Shown piece by piece: positions 12,874-44,359 of a stretch of 64,000 nt of DNA. Every line of letters starts with the position of its first letter. The first letter of the stretch is position 1. The position numbers and the translations under genes are program-made. Below the pieces are notes generated by a model that saw only the letters and a list, made by a program, of their open reading frames with translations, was not told the origin of the DNA and searched no databases. The stretch is from Leptogorgia sarmentosa (Eukaryota): NCBI GenBank assembly GCA_964658305.1, contig OZ210884.1, forward strand, positions 3,286,001 to 3,350,000, read 5' to 3'.

Positions 12874-13748
12874 CTACACCATTTGCCCTTCATTAAGCGA
12901 AAAGAGAATCTCATTAAGATAATCATGCACCTTCAGCAATACAAGTCCGAATATCAACAACACATTATGTGAAAGTCACTAAGCATGGAAAGAAATTCAA
13001 TAGCAACAATTTTCGTAGTCATGCGTAAAAGTTGAAAAACACAAATCAAAGATGGAAATTCAATAAGAATACAAAGGATATTCTAAAAAACAAAAGGCTT
13101 TTTCGTTTGAATACAAGTGACGTTCAATTAGAGAAAAATACAAATTCAATAAGGTTGAATGCAAATATAATATACTCAAGGGAAAGTATAGTGTGTAACA
13201 GGGGACGAGTCAATGAATTTTGCTGGTTAGTACATTTGCATTGGGAACGTTGGTTTAAAATCGTCGCTTGTGAAATCAGCTTTAGACCTTTTTGTGAGTT
13301 TGTTGTGCGTTGCATTCCACGATGCCTTGCAAGGAAAAACATTAATGGTTAAGCGGGTATATACTGCTACGTGTAATATAATTGTGTGTATGTGTAATGC
13401 GTAGCGAGTAAGAGCGAGTATTGAGTAAATTTAGACTCAAACCGCATTGCATATTATGTGCCGCTTTTTTGAACTTAGCTACATTTTTATGTTATTGAAC
13501 ATTCCTTGTATTAACGTGAAAACGTCTTTTGTTTTTTTGAATATCCCTTGTATTCTTATTGAATTTCCATCTTTGATTTGTGTTTTTCAACTTTTACGCA
13601 TGACCACGAAAATCGTTGCTATTGAATTTCTTTCAATGCTTAGTGACTTTCACAAAATGTGTTATTGATATTCGCACTTGTATTGCTGAAGGTACAAGAT
13701 TATCTTAAAGAGATTCTCTTGTCGCTTAATGAAGGGCAAATGGTGTAG
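12874..13748. mobile_element. Non-autonomous element with ~240 bp TIRs
   Basis: ctacaccatttgcccttcattaagcga... (12874-~13115) is the reverse complement of ~13505-13748 (...tcgcttaatgaagggcaaatggtgtag). Confidence 0.88.
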
Positions 13749-13853
13749 TAAAATCGCCTGGGCTGTTCTTGCGTCATGTTTTTCTCTTATCGCACTATGA
13801 CGTAATACCTTCTATTTAAGTGAAGAGACAACGCCGAAATGCTATCAAATTTA

Positions 13854-14016
13854 CAGGGCCGTAGCTAGAGCGTTAATTGTGGGCGGGGGTTATACAGCCC
13901 GGCAGATTTCTTTTGAAATCTTATCTCTTTTTGAACTAATTTCAAAAGAAATCCGTCAGGCAGAACATGTTTATATAAATATACATACGCCAAATAACGT
14001 TGCAGCTGCGGCCCTG
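13854..14016. mobile_element. hAT-like MITE; a diverged relative lies at ~60830-60972
   Basis: TIR cagggccgtagct ... agctgcggccctg; imperfect 8 bp flanks caaattta / tcaattta. Confidence 0.65.
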
Positions 14017-17000
14017 TCAATTTATCCCCGAGCCACGGGTAATTCCGCAGGGCTATTGAGGTACAAATATAGAGGGCGTGGTTACTAATGCCGCACTAAC
14101 TTCCCATAGCGGATAGAGAAGTCCAAAGTCACATCGCTGCCATTTAATTTTCGGTTTAATTTGTGTGGGGTGGTCATCACTGATATAAAAAATACAGCGA
14201 ACCGCCATGTGAGCGAAAAACTAACTGAAAGCTTTCGAAAAAGCAAGTACCATATGTGCAAGACTTAAAAAACCCCTGAGAAGACATAGCTAAATAGTGC
14301 GGGCAGAGAACAAGGAACGATTATGGATTCAAACACAAAGCAGTTTGTTAATATACTGTTTGCACTTAACTCATGTGTATTGATATAAATGGCCGGCGTA
14401 GCCACATTCAATCTGTTCACTGAATTTAAAATTGATTAAATTCCAGAAAGTTTATGTTTTAAAAGTGCGAGGCAAAAGTTTATTATTTCAAAATATTAAC
14501 CAACTTTATACATAAACAATACGAGCGAAAATAGTTTCACTTCAAAGACGAAAATTACGTGGATAAAACATAGTCTCTAATTCAAACATTTCAGAACGTT
14601 AATTTTATGCAAGTTCATACAAGTCCTATTTCATACTAAAATTTAGGGTTTAATAACATGCCACTGAGAAAAATTCTGCAAATTAAAAAAAATTTCAATG
14701 AAAACCATGTTAAAACTGATATTCTTTCCATTAGTAGCTATCTCATTTCCAAAAAAAAAACATCCCGAAGGAATACGAAATTCCGTGTTGTTATGACAAC
14801 AACCTACAAATATCTAGAATGTTCCTTGAATGCATTAAGTATTATAAATTTTTGAGCAGCTAATGCGAGAGTTGAGTTGCTACATGCATGTATTTCTGTA
14901 CTATATTTTTGCACTATGCCAGGAAATGAATTTAACAATTAACTTGCACACTTGGCTTAAAGGGAAGCAAATAAAAACGTGACGTGTAAAATCTGCCTAC
15001 TTTGCACGTTTATATTTTCCGCGTTTTACTGCTTACTGCACTTAATGATGTAACTTTAATTCGTGTTTCCCAAGTCGCTCTTCCTAGCTAGTATGATAAA
15101 ATTTGTACTTCTTCGCTGCTTGAAAGTTGATTTCAAAGCAAGAGTGATCCAATATGCAACCATGCAACTGTAAATGCTATAGCTACGTTTACTTGCGATA
15201 ACTTGATTATCCTAACTTAATGCAATTTCCTAATCCTAATTGCTTTTTGACAACTGTAGACCATTTTGTCGCGCAAAATAGATTTCGGAATATTTGTGGT
15301 ATAGTATTCTGTCCTATATTTATAATGAGAAAATTAATGCGTTGTCACAATTAATCCGTGTAGGTCTGCAGAATCATTAGCGAATTCTTCCGAAGCAATT
15401 TTGCTATGAACATTTTTCTGTAACCAAGGTGGATGTAAAATTTCTGCAGAATGAAGTTTTTTAATTTCCATAGGAATTACTTAAGCACATAAGCTGAATG
15501 CTGTTTTTTAAACGTCCTCGCAAAAGACAAACATGTCACCGAGTTGTGTACAAAATTAAAATATTTTCAATCACTTTTACTCATAACATGTCTTTAATTA
15601 TATTAGGCAAAATTAAAAAATATCACAAGCGTGTCTATTTAAACATACAGCCAATATCACTAATCACCATTTGCCCTGAAATCGTCGTGCTGGAAAGACG
15701 GGCAGAATTTCAAGAGAAAAAGCAGAAATTTAAACAGCGAGTCCATATCCCGAATTGAGAATTTTGGTTTGGTAAGTGATAGCATATATCTAAATGTAGC
15801 TTAACTTGGTGGCTAACAAAGTTAAATGGATTGTTTATGTGATTATAAAGCTTTAGTTAACGGAAGGTTAATCCCCATTCTATGGAAAGGTTTAAATCCC
15901 GCACGATTTTGAAAACCTCACCCTCAGAGTGTCTTTGAATATTAAAAATTCGTGATCTTACTCTCCATTAGCTTTAGAATTTTAAAAATCTTTCAAGTCT
16001 AATGTTCTTTGAGATGCTGTGAAAAATTAAGGCGGAATTTTCTGTATCTATACCCAAAAGATTGGCTTGACACCCACACTTGATATTCAGTAGGTTTTAT
16101 AGGTGACGTTCCAGCGCATTTTTAAGATGAGTACACGCGGGTAAGTGCTCCAGCGCATTGCTCCAAACTTATAGTTAGCACCCGATAATTAATGTTTCCG
16201 AGACCGTTCAGGACTTCCTTAAACACAAATAATACCCTCCCCCTGCATATAAGTAGCTAATGCGAAGCTATGATTCCAGGCATATTCGTGAAGCAAGAGG
16301 TTTCGGCTAGGTTAACAGTGTCTCTTTTTGTTGCGTGTAAATAATTATTGCATGTGCATGCATGCATGGACAAATCACTAAAGAAGTTGAACGCTTATAT
16401 AGCTATGTATTTGATGATGGTCATAACTTTCGGTGTGCACAAGGAGTGGTCGACGTACATTTTTTATCACCATGGAAACCTTATTTGCCCATAACTATAT
16501 ATAGGGTAGAGTATCTAATTTATGGACAAAGTTCAGTATCGACCAAAATATTGCTGATATACATTACGCAAGTTAACTAGTTTTTATATAGCAGATGAAA
16601 CGACGATAAGCAGAGTACCGTGTCCATTTTAAGTATTTTGCCAAATGTTTCCGTTCTCGTATTAGTCGTGGAGCTATTGCTCTATGCACCATTCAAAACA
16701 TTAAACTTTCATTCTCGTACCAAAAGACCTACGGTTTAAGTCGGGGTCGATATTAATTGGAAGATTAGCCAAGCAGGAAACTGTCCGAAACGTGGGATGT
16801 CTATAAATCTTCGATGTCAATAGCCTGCCGTGCAAAATATACATATTCAAGTCACGCTTTATCTTTTTACAGGAAAATTCTAATAAGTAGTTTTTCCATT
16901 CGTTATGCTATTCGACGCAGTTATTAATAAATATAAATTAAATTCAAAAAGAAAAAATTAGAAACTTATGTAGAGAAATATCTTATCATTAATTCATAGG

Positions 17001-17458
17001 CTAGTAACGACACATCACTGCATGTAAAGCAGATGGAAAGCTGGAAAACATTTATGATGGAAAAAAATTCACATATTAGTTTGAATTCTTAGCAGTGGCC
17101 ATCTAGTATCTCAAATTTATGTACCGCCCACGTGCAACCTAGAAAAACTACAGGGGGGGGGGGGGGGAGTGACAAAATGTTTGCAACTTAATTCGCGTAA
17201 TAGTTTAAAATGTTTAGTGACCGGTATACAATCTATCAAGAAATGTACATAAAACTGCCCGAAAAGGATGCTATAAATCGTTAGTTTTAAATCAGCTGCC
17301 TCCTGCGAGAAGTTCAACTAATAAGTTTTACATCGTATCAAATATTCGATACATTTCTATAATTGATTTGAATTTCTCCCACGTTTATATACAATGGAAA
17401 ATTACTACATATCACTTACGTAAAAATTGAGAACCTAATTCGTGACTTGTCCTCACAG

Positions 17459-17511
17459 GTTCCCAGAATAGATTACTTATCCACCTACACCTCCAAGACT
17501 TCATCGGCAAG
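17459..17511 (+). other. Possible 5' UTR exon of the VWD gene
   Basis: cctcacAG acceptor and aagGT donor ~110 bp upstream of the ATG-containing exon, which itself begins at an acceptor (ttttacAG, 17620). Confidence 0.35.
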
Positions 17512-17643
17512 GTGTCTGGAACCATTAATTCCTGTAATCTGAAATAGCCTGTTTCTTAATCCTTATGAATTAATATTTAGGCTTGTTTCTTTTCTGACGG
17601 ATATTTACTTCGTTTTACAGGATCATTGCAAAAGAAAAGCAAA

Positions 17644-34754
<17,111 letters not shown>

Positions 34755-34946
34755 GAAGAGGAATCGCAAGACCAAGGAAAACAACAAAAAGAATAAAATT
34801 AGTCTAGTCACGTAAAACATTCGTATGTAATCATATAAGTCTCTGTAATCGCATTAGTTGTTATTGAAACAAAAATCAATATGTATTTTGGTTTCTGAAA
34901 AATTGATTCATCATAAAATGATTAATGACCACTGTTTCGTGTAATA

Positions 34947-34952
34947 AATAAA
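34947..34952 (+). terminator. Candidate polyadenylation signal (another AATAAA at ~34792)
   Basis: taatAATAAAcat about 190 nt after the stop codon. Confidence 0.45.
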
Positions 34953-35503
34953 CATTGCTGCAAATTGATACAAAATAACTTATATTCCTCGAAAATGCGC
35001 TATTTCCCTCTGCTCCTTTTCCTCAAGAAGACTATCCAGCGCAACCTTTCCTGCAATTGTACGCTTCAATGGACACTTTTCAGTTACCATTAAAAATTGG
35101 TAATTGAGATAACTTGAGCCTATTCGTTCTCAACAGTGCTAGTCTTCGCGACGCCGCTGATTCGTTTAAACGCCATGTAGCTGGAGTTTTCCCACCATGC
35201 CATTGTTGCATAGATTCCGCTGGGCCTGCTGCTGGACATGCATTCATATATTATTCGACGTTAGACTAAATAGTTATTAGGATTTGGCAGCATGGCACAA
35301 GATGTTGGTTGCCAGGGTAACCCACGTGGTCTAAACGTTTTTGGAAGAACGTTAACGGGATCTTTCCGTGATATTTAGAAAATATGCTTTACTGAACATC
35401 TGACACAATTCTGGTTTGATATGATCGTAATTCGTAAATGATCATGAATACAAACCAAGATGCGAAAAGTGGACCATGTTTGCGAGTCCTCCATTGCTAT
35501 ATA

Positions 35504-35682
35504 CAGTAGAACCTCGCTAACTCAACTCTCAAGGGGAACGAAAAATAGTTCGAGTTAGCGGGGGTTCGAGTTAACCGGAGTAAATTACTATAAATGTACT
35601 ATCAAATCCAGGGGCAATTGGATTTAGTTCGAGTTAGCGGGGAGTTTGAGTTAAGCGAGTTCGAGTTAGCGAGGTTCGACGG
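35504..35682. mobile_element. Tc1/mariner-pogo-type MITE, TA target
   Basis: ta|cagtagaacctcgctaactc ... gagttagcgaggttcgacgg|ta; internal ttcgagtta repeats. Confidence 0.85.
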
Positions 35683-35991
35683 TATGCGCAAAATCGGTCA
35701 GCTGAACGAATTTAGAGCATCTTGATTAAGCATTCTCACACTGAATTTTAACTAGGTTTTTGACGAGAACTGACGAAAAGACCATTCCTAACATGAAGGT
35801 TTGAAGATAAGGATACCTCAATAGTTGTGAATTTAAGATACATGGCATATATAGCCTCTTAAAAACCATTTGGCACAATTGAGAAAAACAGCTGTCTCAA
35901 TCCAATTTTTACCGATTGCACAACCTCATTTTGATATCCAAAGGCAATTTTACAATTTTTAATGTGTCATCACCAGTCGGCCGTCTTGATT

Positions 35992-37319
35992 CAGGGGCGG
36001 ATCCAGGATTTTTCGTACCTTAGTCAAAAATTTTCGACACATTCCGGGGGAGAAACTTTTTTGACAACGGGGGGGGGGGGGGGGCAAAAAATACAGGCAA
36101 CTGCAGTGCAATGGGCAAAATTTTGACTGGTTGCTAGGCTAGATCGCTAACTCCATGTCTATGTTCCTAACAGAAACGCTAGTCAGATGTTAGATATCTA
36201 TAAAGAGATCAAATTGCAATGACACATCACACCAGGCCACGTGTGATAGAACAACAATTTACTCAGACAGATAAAGCATAACATATAAAATCATATTATA
36301 AATATATTCTAAATAACATAACACTCCTACTGTAGTGTTCATACTAGTGTATTTGAATAGTGTATCGGTTACTTAATTAGCATTCAGCATGGATTAGAAC
36401 AAGCGAGCGCAAAATTATGCAAATTTAATTGACTATCTAATAGTAATATATCAAGTCTTGCCGGCTGCCGCAAGCAAGACGCGTAACGCGAGAAATGTAT
36501 AGACGCTATTTAGTATTTATTAACATGAGAAAGACATAAACCAGCATTATAATAAACAAATAATACTAATATCTTGACCTTATTGCAGTACAGAACTTGT
36601 CTTTCCCTTCTCGAGCAGATTTGGGGATGAACGGTTCAGCACTAAAGTTTCGCCTGAGGCACATGTTTGCGTTGTTTATATAATCGCGCTCAACAACTCT
36701 TCGACCGATGGACGTCTTCTCGCTTCAACCTCGCGTTTTAAATCGTCATACATATTTTGACGGTAGACTTGGTCGTTTTGCTGAAACGCCGAGCGTACAC
36801 TCTCGAAAATATCACAAGACATTGTGAAATACTCGCTGTATTCTCTGCTTTGCGTTCAAGGCTCACAGTATGGAAAAGGCGCTAATACGAGACCAGCTCT
36901 CTGAACGTCTGATCGGTCATGATCGATCAAGAAATTACAACCAATGGGAATGAAGATACTCTTTTGAATTAGCCAATTGAGTGGCTTGTATGAGCTCTAA
37001 CACACCCCCAACATGCCCCTAGATCGATCAGACCAACCTCTAGATCGATCAAAACCTGGGTCGCCATGGAGAACTACGAAATGGCCAATCAGATTGCGCG
37101 AATTTGACATGTGACCGATCAAAACTCACGCGCTAGGCCGCTGTTCACTTGTACTGACACAAGATAAAAGATTAATGTGCAACTGGACGAAATTTTAAAC
37201 TGGACCGCATTTTCGCACTAGAATATTATTCTATTCTAAATAGATGAGAAAAAATTTCATAAACTGCATTTTTTACGTTAGTCGCGTGATCGCTTTGACT
37301 ACCCCTGGATCCGCCCCTG
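35992..37319. mobile_element. Non-autonomous hAT-type element, 1328 bp, perfect 8 bp TSD
   Basis: tcttgatt|caggggcggatccagg ... cctggatccgcccctg|tcttgatt; 16 bp perfect TIR; no transposase ORF. Confidence 0.92.
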
Positions 37320-40300
37320 TCTTGATTCGTGTCGCCTACGAATGACCAGAGACAATAGTGTGTTCGGCGTGTAGCACTCCAGCAACATATAAAGCAACGT
37401 ATTGAGTTCAGAGAACCGAGTTTGGCGTATGGGGCCTGCGAACGGGTGAACAGGTCAAAGACGATAACAGCTGTAAAAATGGCGGAAGGTTTGAATACTT
37501 TGGCCATTATCAATCCATTAGAATCAGACGTTTTAAAGCTGTTTGAAAAGAGAATTTACAAATTTATACGATCACAAGCGATGAACAAACCGTTTCGTGT
37601 ACTAGATTAACGAAACGAGAGCAGAACTTTCCGTCAAATCAACGCGAACGACATCGAATATGGAATCATGCGTTTTTTTGAAGAACCTATTTCACAGCGG
37701 AATCCTTCAATACTAGAACACACGAATCTCTCTCAGTCTAAGTGGCATGATTTTCACGGTAAGTAGCTAAAGTTATAGCTTGCTAAAAATCTTGGAAGAA
37801 AAACAGAAGATTTATAATAACCGAGAAGCTTAAGATTTGTTTTGGGCCAATTTTAGGCTTTAGCCTTAGCCAATGTGTTGTGTAATAGATCAGCATTTCA
37901 TTACTTTATTAGAACCACAGTATAAATAGGTGCGTGCGAGCAATAGTCCAAAATAGAGAGATGAACGCGGGTCTTCGACCCATGCAAAGGCATCTTCATC
38001 CCAACAAAATAAAAAATATGAACACATTGTCATTGACTGACAATGTTCAGGATACCTGACAAGTGATGACGAAGAATAATAGCTACTGAGAAAACAGAAG
38101 CGAATACTGAATAATGGAATAAAATAACTTGTGGGGAAAACTAAATGCCATTAGGGAATATCATCACATAGGTGTGTAAAGGAAGTATCATCTTATAGGT
38201 CTGAGAAAGCATATTAGGTCTGAATATCAGAATATTATCTCATGGGCCCACCCTCCCCCACAAGGGAAACTTCCACAATCCAGAGAGGGCAGGAGAAATG
38301 CCATAGGATATCAGTTATCTATGAAATGAAAAGTTGATTTGACCCCTAAGAGTCTGGCAGTCCCCAATATATACAGCATGAAAAATTTAAAATTGCAAAG
38401 GTGAAATGATACTGAGAGACGAGACAACCTCTCACAAATTGCGTTTCAGTCAGCCCGCAGATAACTTTATCCATTGGGAGGGGTGTGTGTGGTGATTGAA
38501 CGGCCCCATACATATAGCTGAAATGTCGTATTATGGATTTCCGAGTATAACTGAAAACCAAACACAGATCTATGGGCAGAGCGGTTTGATGGGTAGAATT
38601 TAGTCTTGTGCATTTTATTCTTGTTAAAGTGCAAGCGTGCTTGACAGATTTCATTAAAGAAACAATTTTCTCTATTTACAACTTTAATGCAGATTTTGTC
38701 ACATCCCAAGAATTGAAGACCATCATTTTTTTTTCACTTCCTTAGCACTATGCACAAACCTCACTCCAATCTTGCTGTTCCCCTCTGCTCAGAAAGTATA
38801 TAGGTCTAAGATTATTTCATTGTAATGAATTTCCTAGACAGTGATTGGCTAAAAATGGTTGAGAACTGTGTGAATGAAATATTAATAAAAAGGGGGTGTT
38901 ATTTGTTTATTTCATTATATTCGTTTTGAAATCATGCACAATCCAAACAATCTGATTGGCTGAAAACTGTGTTATTACAGCCTAAATCACATAATTTTTC
39001 ATCAAATCTTGTTGGAGTACTGACTTCGGGCAACCCAATCATATTTATTTTTAGCCCTCAAAAAGCCAATCAGCATCAAGAAATATTTGAGATAACAAAT
39101 TAATTTAGAATTATTCATAAGTTTCCCTTTTTACTGCATAAGCAATATTTTCTGTTTAAAACAACAATAAATAAAGAAGGATAAACTATCAGGCAATTTT
39201 TAATAATATTTCAGATCGCCTATAAAACATGGTCGCCTATAAATCTCCTGTGAACCTTGGTCGATGAGCAAAATAACGCGCAGCTCATCGCTTCATTTAA
39301 CATCATTTAACCGCTCAAACCCACACCTAATGGCAGGTAAAACCTTGTAACACGTTTAAACCTACTTGTGTTGTCTTTTAATCTTGACATATCCAGCGAT
39401 TTTAATGATATTTTTCAAGTTTCCGCAACGTGCGGACCACGCTGCTTTCACAAATGTGATTTTGCACGTGTTGCTATGCTACAGCTTTAACGAGGGCGCG
39501 TATGGGGGTGTGGCTTTTGCACGCGCAAACACTTCCGTTTTTCAAATAAAAAGTTCAAAATTTCAAAATCAACATAATAAATTATCAAAGTGGAAATTAC
39601 GCTTCGTGTCGTCCAACTTTGGTCTGAATTCTCAAATTATTCTTGATTACAATTTTGTAATAACGCGTTTGATAACTTTGATTTCACACCTAGTCATATG
39701 GAGGGCAAAATTACTCCAACTTTATTGCTAATGAGGGGGGGGGGGAATTTTTCTTAATTCAGGGGGCAGAATTACTCGGCCCTGATTGGCTAAATTTTAC
39801 AATGTTCTGTGTTCTTTTCTCGTCGCACATTTAATGGCTTCCTCGCAGTAATTGTCGCGTGTGAAATCGACAAATTGAATTAGTTTCAAGCAATTTGGTT
39901 AATATTTAAGCAAATTTATTGAATGAACCTATTGTGCATATAATTTGCATGTCTTTTATTCTATTTCCCAACGTTTTCCAGCGGCATTAATAAATACATA
40001 GTGCCGCTCAATGTGCTCAATCTAAAACTAAAGTTGACATTCAATTCCTAGCGATTTATGTTCGAACAAATCTTATTTTCAATATGAATATGATTAACAT
40101 GTTATCGCATCACGTCCTCGTAAAATTTAATTTCACCTGTGTTTTTAAAGCTTCGAATTTGGGCCTCGTTGCTTCGCGACTCGGGCGATTTCTGAAACTT
40201 TGAAAACACGCGTGAAATTAATCCTCAATCTTATTCGGCCCCATGCTATTACCTATACAAATTTCACACCTTCAACGCACTCACCATTAATTGCAGTTGT

Positions 40301-42854
40301 GTTTGGCAAAATCCGCTCATGCTTCGCAATCGGAGTATTTTGCCGAACATTTTAGCAAATTATCATTAATACTGATCATATTCCTCATCCCGTGAAAAAC
40401 AGCGAAAGGTTTGCTTAACACGCCCTTCGGAAAAGCATAATATACGTCAGTGAATTCGAGAGCCACGCTAAATAGCGAAAAAATTTCAGTTTTCTTTTTT
40501 TTTCAAGGTTTTCATTTTCAGTTCATGCAAAAAATGACAAAAAAGTAAATAAAAATGACGGAGAATGACAAATTTATCTATATTGTACCTACTGGGCCCT
40601 TGAAATTGTGGTAGTAGATAATACAATCTTTCCCGCTGTGCTATTGATTTATAATTTTCTTGTACTTGAACGTGCCGCTCGCCCACTAACGGAACAAAAC
40701 AAAAATTTTTGAATTGCCACGAGTATCGGTGACAATCGCAGATGAAGTGCGACAACTGGTTTTCCAGTGTTTTTTCTCCACGACTGCCGTAAAAGCAAGA
40801 TCGACGACTAATGAAAACCAGCCTTAAGTCTAACATGATTGATTTCATTTTTAGAAATATCTAATTGGCATCTAGCCATCTACTATTCAAAACACAGAGT
40901 ACTTGTTAAAACTGGTTTAACCCCGATGCATCAACAGATATGAAACCGTCCTGTATTGTCGTGTTGCGCAAAAACAAGATATGACAGTCACGGTTGTACT
41001 TCTTACCTACTGTACATAAAATCATCCGTTATCCCTGCAGACGTTGCTGCTATCGTGCCAACTCTACATAATTACGATTTGGTTAGAATGGAACTATCGG
41101 AAACAGAGGCTTTTATTGGCTCACTTATCAATGCTTGACTAACTTATTTGCGATCACTTATGTTACCCAACAAGGATGATGTGCTAAAATGGAAGAAGTG
41201 TAAGAAGAAAGGTTAGTACTATAATTTACGGTACAATACAAGACCGAGTCAGAATTCCTGGTCAACAGGCGGCATGAATTTCTTAGTTCCAAGGATTCAT
41301 CTATTATACTGTTCCTTATATATAGGTTTAAAAAAAAATCCCCCATTTGAAAATTATTTCTCAAATAAAGCACAATGTTGTAATGATTGTGTCTTCGTGG
41401 AATTATCATTTTTATTAGCGGCTGGAAATTTTATGGAGCACGTTCTATACATGGTGTAATACAATTGTTTTTACCCAATGCGCTACTCTGGTACGTGCCT
41501 TTGATTCCAAGTTTGTAGCTACCAAAAAGCAACGAATTAAAGACGAAAATCTGAAATTTTGTTACATTGCAAAAAAAAACATTTCTATCTGCTCGCTTAT
41601 AAAAAATCCCCTCATCAACGGCAGCTGCGCATTCACTGAAACAATTCTCTAGGTGTACTTATTTCATTTATTTCAATTACTGTAAATTCTTCTTTACAGA
41701 TCGTCGATAATGTGTCCAGGTCATCAACGAGAGACCTTCTGTACTTTGCGTTTCTGAAGACAAGACAACGTGCAATCGCTGCAACAGCTGTATTATGCAG
41801 TCGCTACTGTCATCACAACTGCTCAAAGACTGAATCAATAAGGTGGGGGATACAGTTAATTTGAGCTGTAAAACAAGCATTTCTTTCCCGTAATAGCACA
41901 TAAGACTTGTCTATGTGTACATACAATTCGTGAGTTTGAGTATTTATGCGAGCTGGGCTATGCATACAGTACCCTGCCTTATTCAAGTCGCAAATTTTGT
42001 CGGTTACATGGCCCTAAAATATATGATATAGAAAAATGCTTTTGTCATATATCTCGATATGTAGGACATTCCCGATGATATTCAACTTGGTCTGACATTG
42101 TACGTGTACCTTGTTAGAAAATCGAAATTAAATTATATCGTATATGGACGTTCCAAGCTGCGTTAAGTTTTCTTGTTGGTTTTAGTGATACATTGATCGT
42201 ACATGTAAGTTAAAACGGGTTTTTGAATCTATTTTTTTATTTCTCAGGGTGTTTGCAGCTGATCTGTACATATATAACCAAAGTAACACGAACTGGTCAA
42301 CTGAATGACAACATCGACAAGTGAAGATTCAACTTAAAGTAATTGAGGTACCTGATATTAACTTCTCTTCTGATATAGTTCACCTGGCAATGTCTAGATG
42401 TCGTATCCGTTTATCTCTTAGCCGCATTATATTGCTGCTATCGGATTCCTTCATTTCATTCTTATTCTTCAATACACCTTCTTGTGTATTTGTTACGTTC
42501 TGTTGCTTGTAACCGTGTTGTTTACGTGTTCTAAGTCCTTCTCTATTATAAGTGTTGATTGCGTTACTTACTCACCAGATTTTCCACATATTTCTCATTT
42601 CGACTGGCATAATGTAATTTTAAATGTTTCAATGTTTTTACTTTTTCATGTGGAATTTACTTTTACTATGCAAAAATTTAACTTAAGCGTTAAAAAACAG
42701 CGTTTTCTTTCGGCTTTTTTGTATTGCGCAAAAGTCAGTTGAGATAATGTATCCTGTCGTAGCACCAGCGTTGAACTTTTTAATTCATTTGGAACCATCA
42801 GTAGGTTATATGGATTTTCACATATTGCAATTAAACACATAGACATGGCTAGAT

Positions 42855-43260
42855 TATAGAATAGCCGTCCACTTTTGAAACTATGACTTGTTACCATGAT
42901 ACGATGGTACGAAGTGAGAATAATGACGTAATATAGCTATAGAAATCCGAGCTATCTCAAAGTTCTTGGGAAAGGTATATTTTTTCGTGATACGATGATA
43001 CGAAGTGAGAATAATGACGCATAATATAATAAATCCGAGATATTTTGAAGATCCTAGGCAAGGTATATTTTTTCGTGATACGATGATACGAAGTCAGAAT
43101 ATTGACGTAATGTAATATAGCCGAGTATTTAAATAAGTGTGGGCAAGGTATATTTTTTTCGTGATACGATAATACGAAGTCAAAATAATGACGTAATGTG
43201 ATATAGCCGAGTATTTAAAGATGTGTGGGCAAGGTATATTTTTTCTTGATACGATGATAC
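42855..43260 (+). repeat. Array of ~4 units of 86-90 bp plus a 40 bp leader; inverted homolog at 56787-57028
   Basis: tatagaatagccgtccacttttgaaactatg then tgatacgatgatacgaagtgagaataatgacgt...ggtatattttttcg repeated. Confidence 0.9.
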
Positions 43261-43710
43261 CAACTTAATTGTGATTTACAAATCGCATGCGTTTTTTAAT
43301 ACAATTAAGTCAAGTGAAAATAATTAGCTATGCAGTTACTTGAGCACATTGTTGTTATATCTCCTTCTTTACAGACCAACCGCACGCGAAACATGCGAAA
43401 ACAATGAATTGAGTCATTCAATCTGCATATTATATTTATGCTCCGTTCTTTGAAAGCCAACGATACACTATAAGCGTAAACAAATAGTTATTTGTGCTGA
43501 GAGTAATATATATTTTTTATAGAAGGGCGTAGTGTTATTGCACTCAAAGGGAGAGTTCACCTTTAGACCGACTGTAAACACACGTTAAACACTTTTCACA
43601 ATTATATCGACAAAACGAATTTATTCTTTTCAGTATTTGTTGGCTCTTTAAAGAGCCGGTGTTTAATGAATTTTCACTGTCCATACATTTTCGCTTGAAA
43701 ATCGAAAAAA

Positions 43711-44026
43711 CACGTCGCTTAAAAACACTTCGAATAAGTCTTCGTCTTTGTGTTCGTATCTCCAAAGGAACTCGGCATGCTAGGTAGGACGAAAACGAAT
43801 ATTTGCGAATTCCGAATGGGGGAGACTTTGCCTTCGCTTGACGCCAATGTCGCTAAATTTTGTTTGTGTTTTTTCCATTCATGTTCACAAATTCCTTAGA
43901 ATGGTTTACCGTCACATGCTTGTAACCGTGTTTCTCCAAGTTGCAATATGCCTTCCAACAATCGGATATTATGGTTGTGCCCTTCTCTATAAATGTTTCA
44001 ATAATGGGCGATAGCGTTGCCTCTGT
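43711..44026 (-). pseudogene. Merlin (IS1016/IS1595-like) DDE transposase fragment
   Basis: Manual translation TEATLSPIIETFIEKGTTIISDCWKAYCNLEKHGYKHVTVNHSKEFVNMNGKNTNKI*RHWRQAK...SYLA/EFLWRYEHKDEDLFEVFLSDV; SDxWxAY, VNHS and TNxIE motifs, catalytic E replaced by a stop. Confidence 0.85.
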
Positions 44027-44359
44027 TAAACGACCTCTTGATTTGATGTATTATAATAAGTTGCGGGATCGTTGAGGCCGTTAGGGGGACACATCGATCA
44101 CACTGGGACTCGGCACTGAAAGGATCAGACGCATGCAAATCAGTTAGAGTCCATGCATGGATGCCACGCGCAAACACTTGCACGACCACTTTAATATGCT
44201 ACAGTCCACCCCCCAAGAGAGTGACACTTCATTCATTTTCTTTTCTTAATTTGTTGTTTTTTTTTAATAAAAGAATCAAACTCATAAGCATAATGTGGTT
44301 GCATTCAGTGAACACAATAAGAGGAACCGTCTATTAAAACTATACTTAGATCTGTGGCA

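Noticed and set aside
13032..13668. ORFs inside the long-TIR element
   Set aside because: They lie in the inverted repeats and show no transposase motifs.
42240..42560. Possible Ulp1-like protease remnant on the - strand
   Set aside because: Only faint motifs (ISG, YVQI) among stops; cannot be supported without a search.
42897..43260. ~90 bp repeats as a CRISPR array
   Set aside because: The whole unit is repeated; variable parts are homologous, not spacers.
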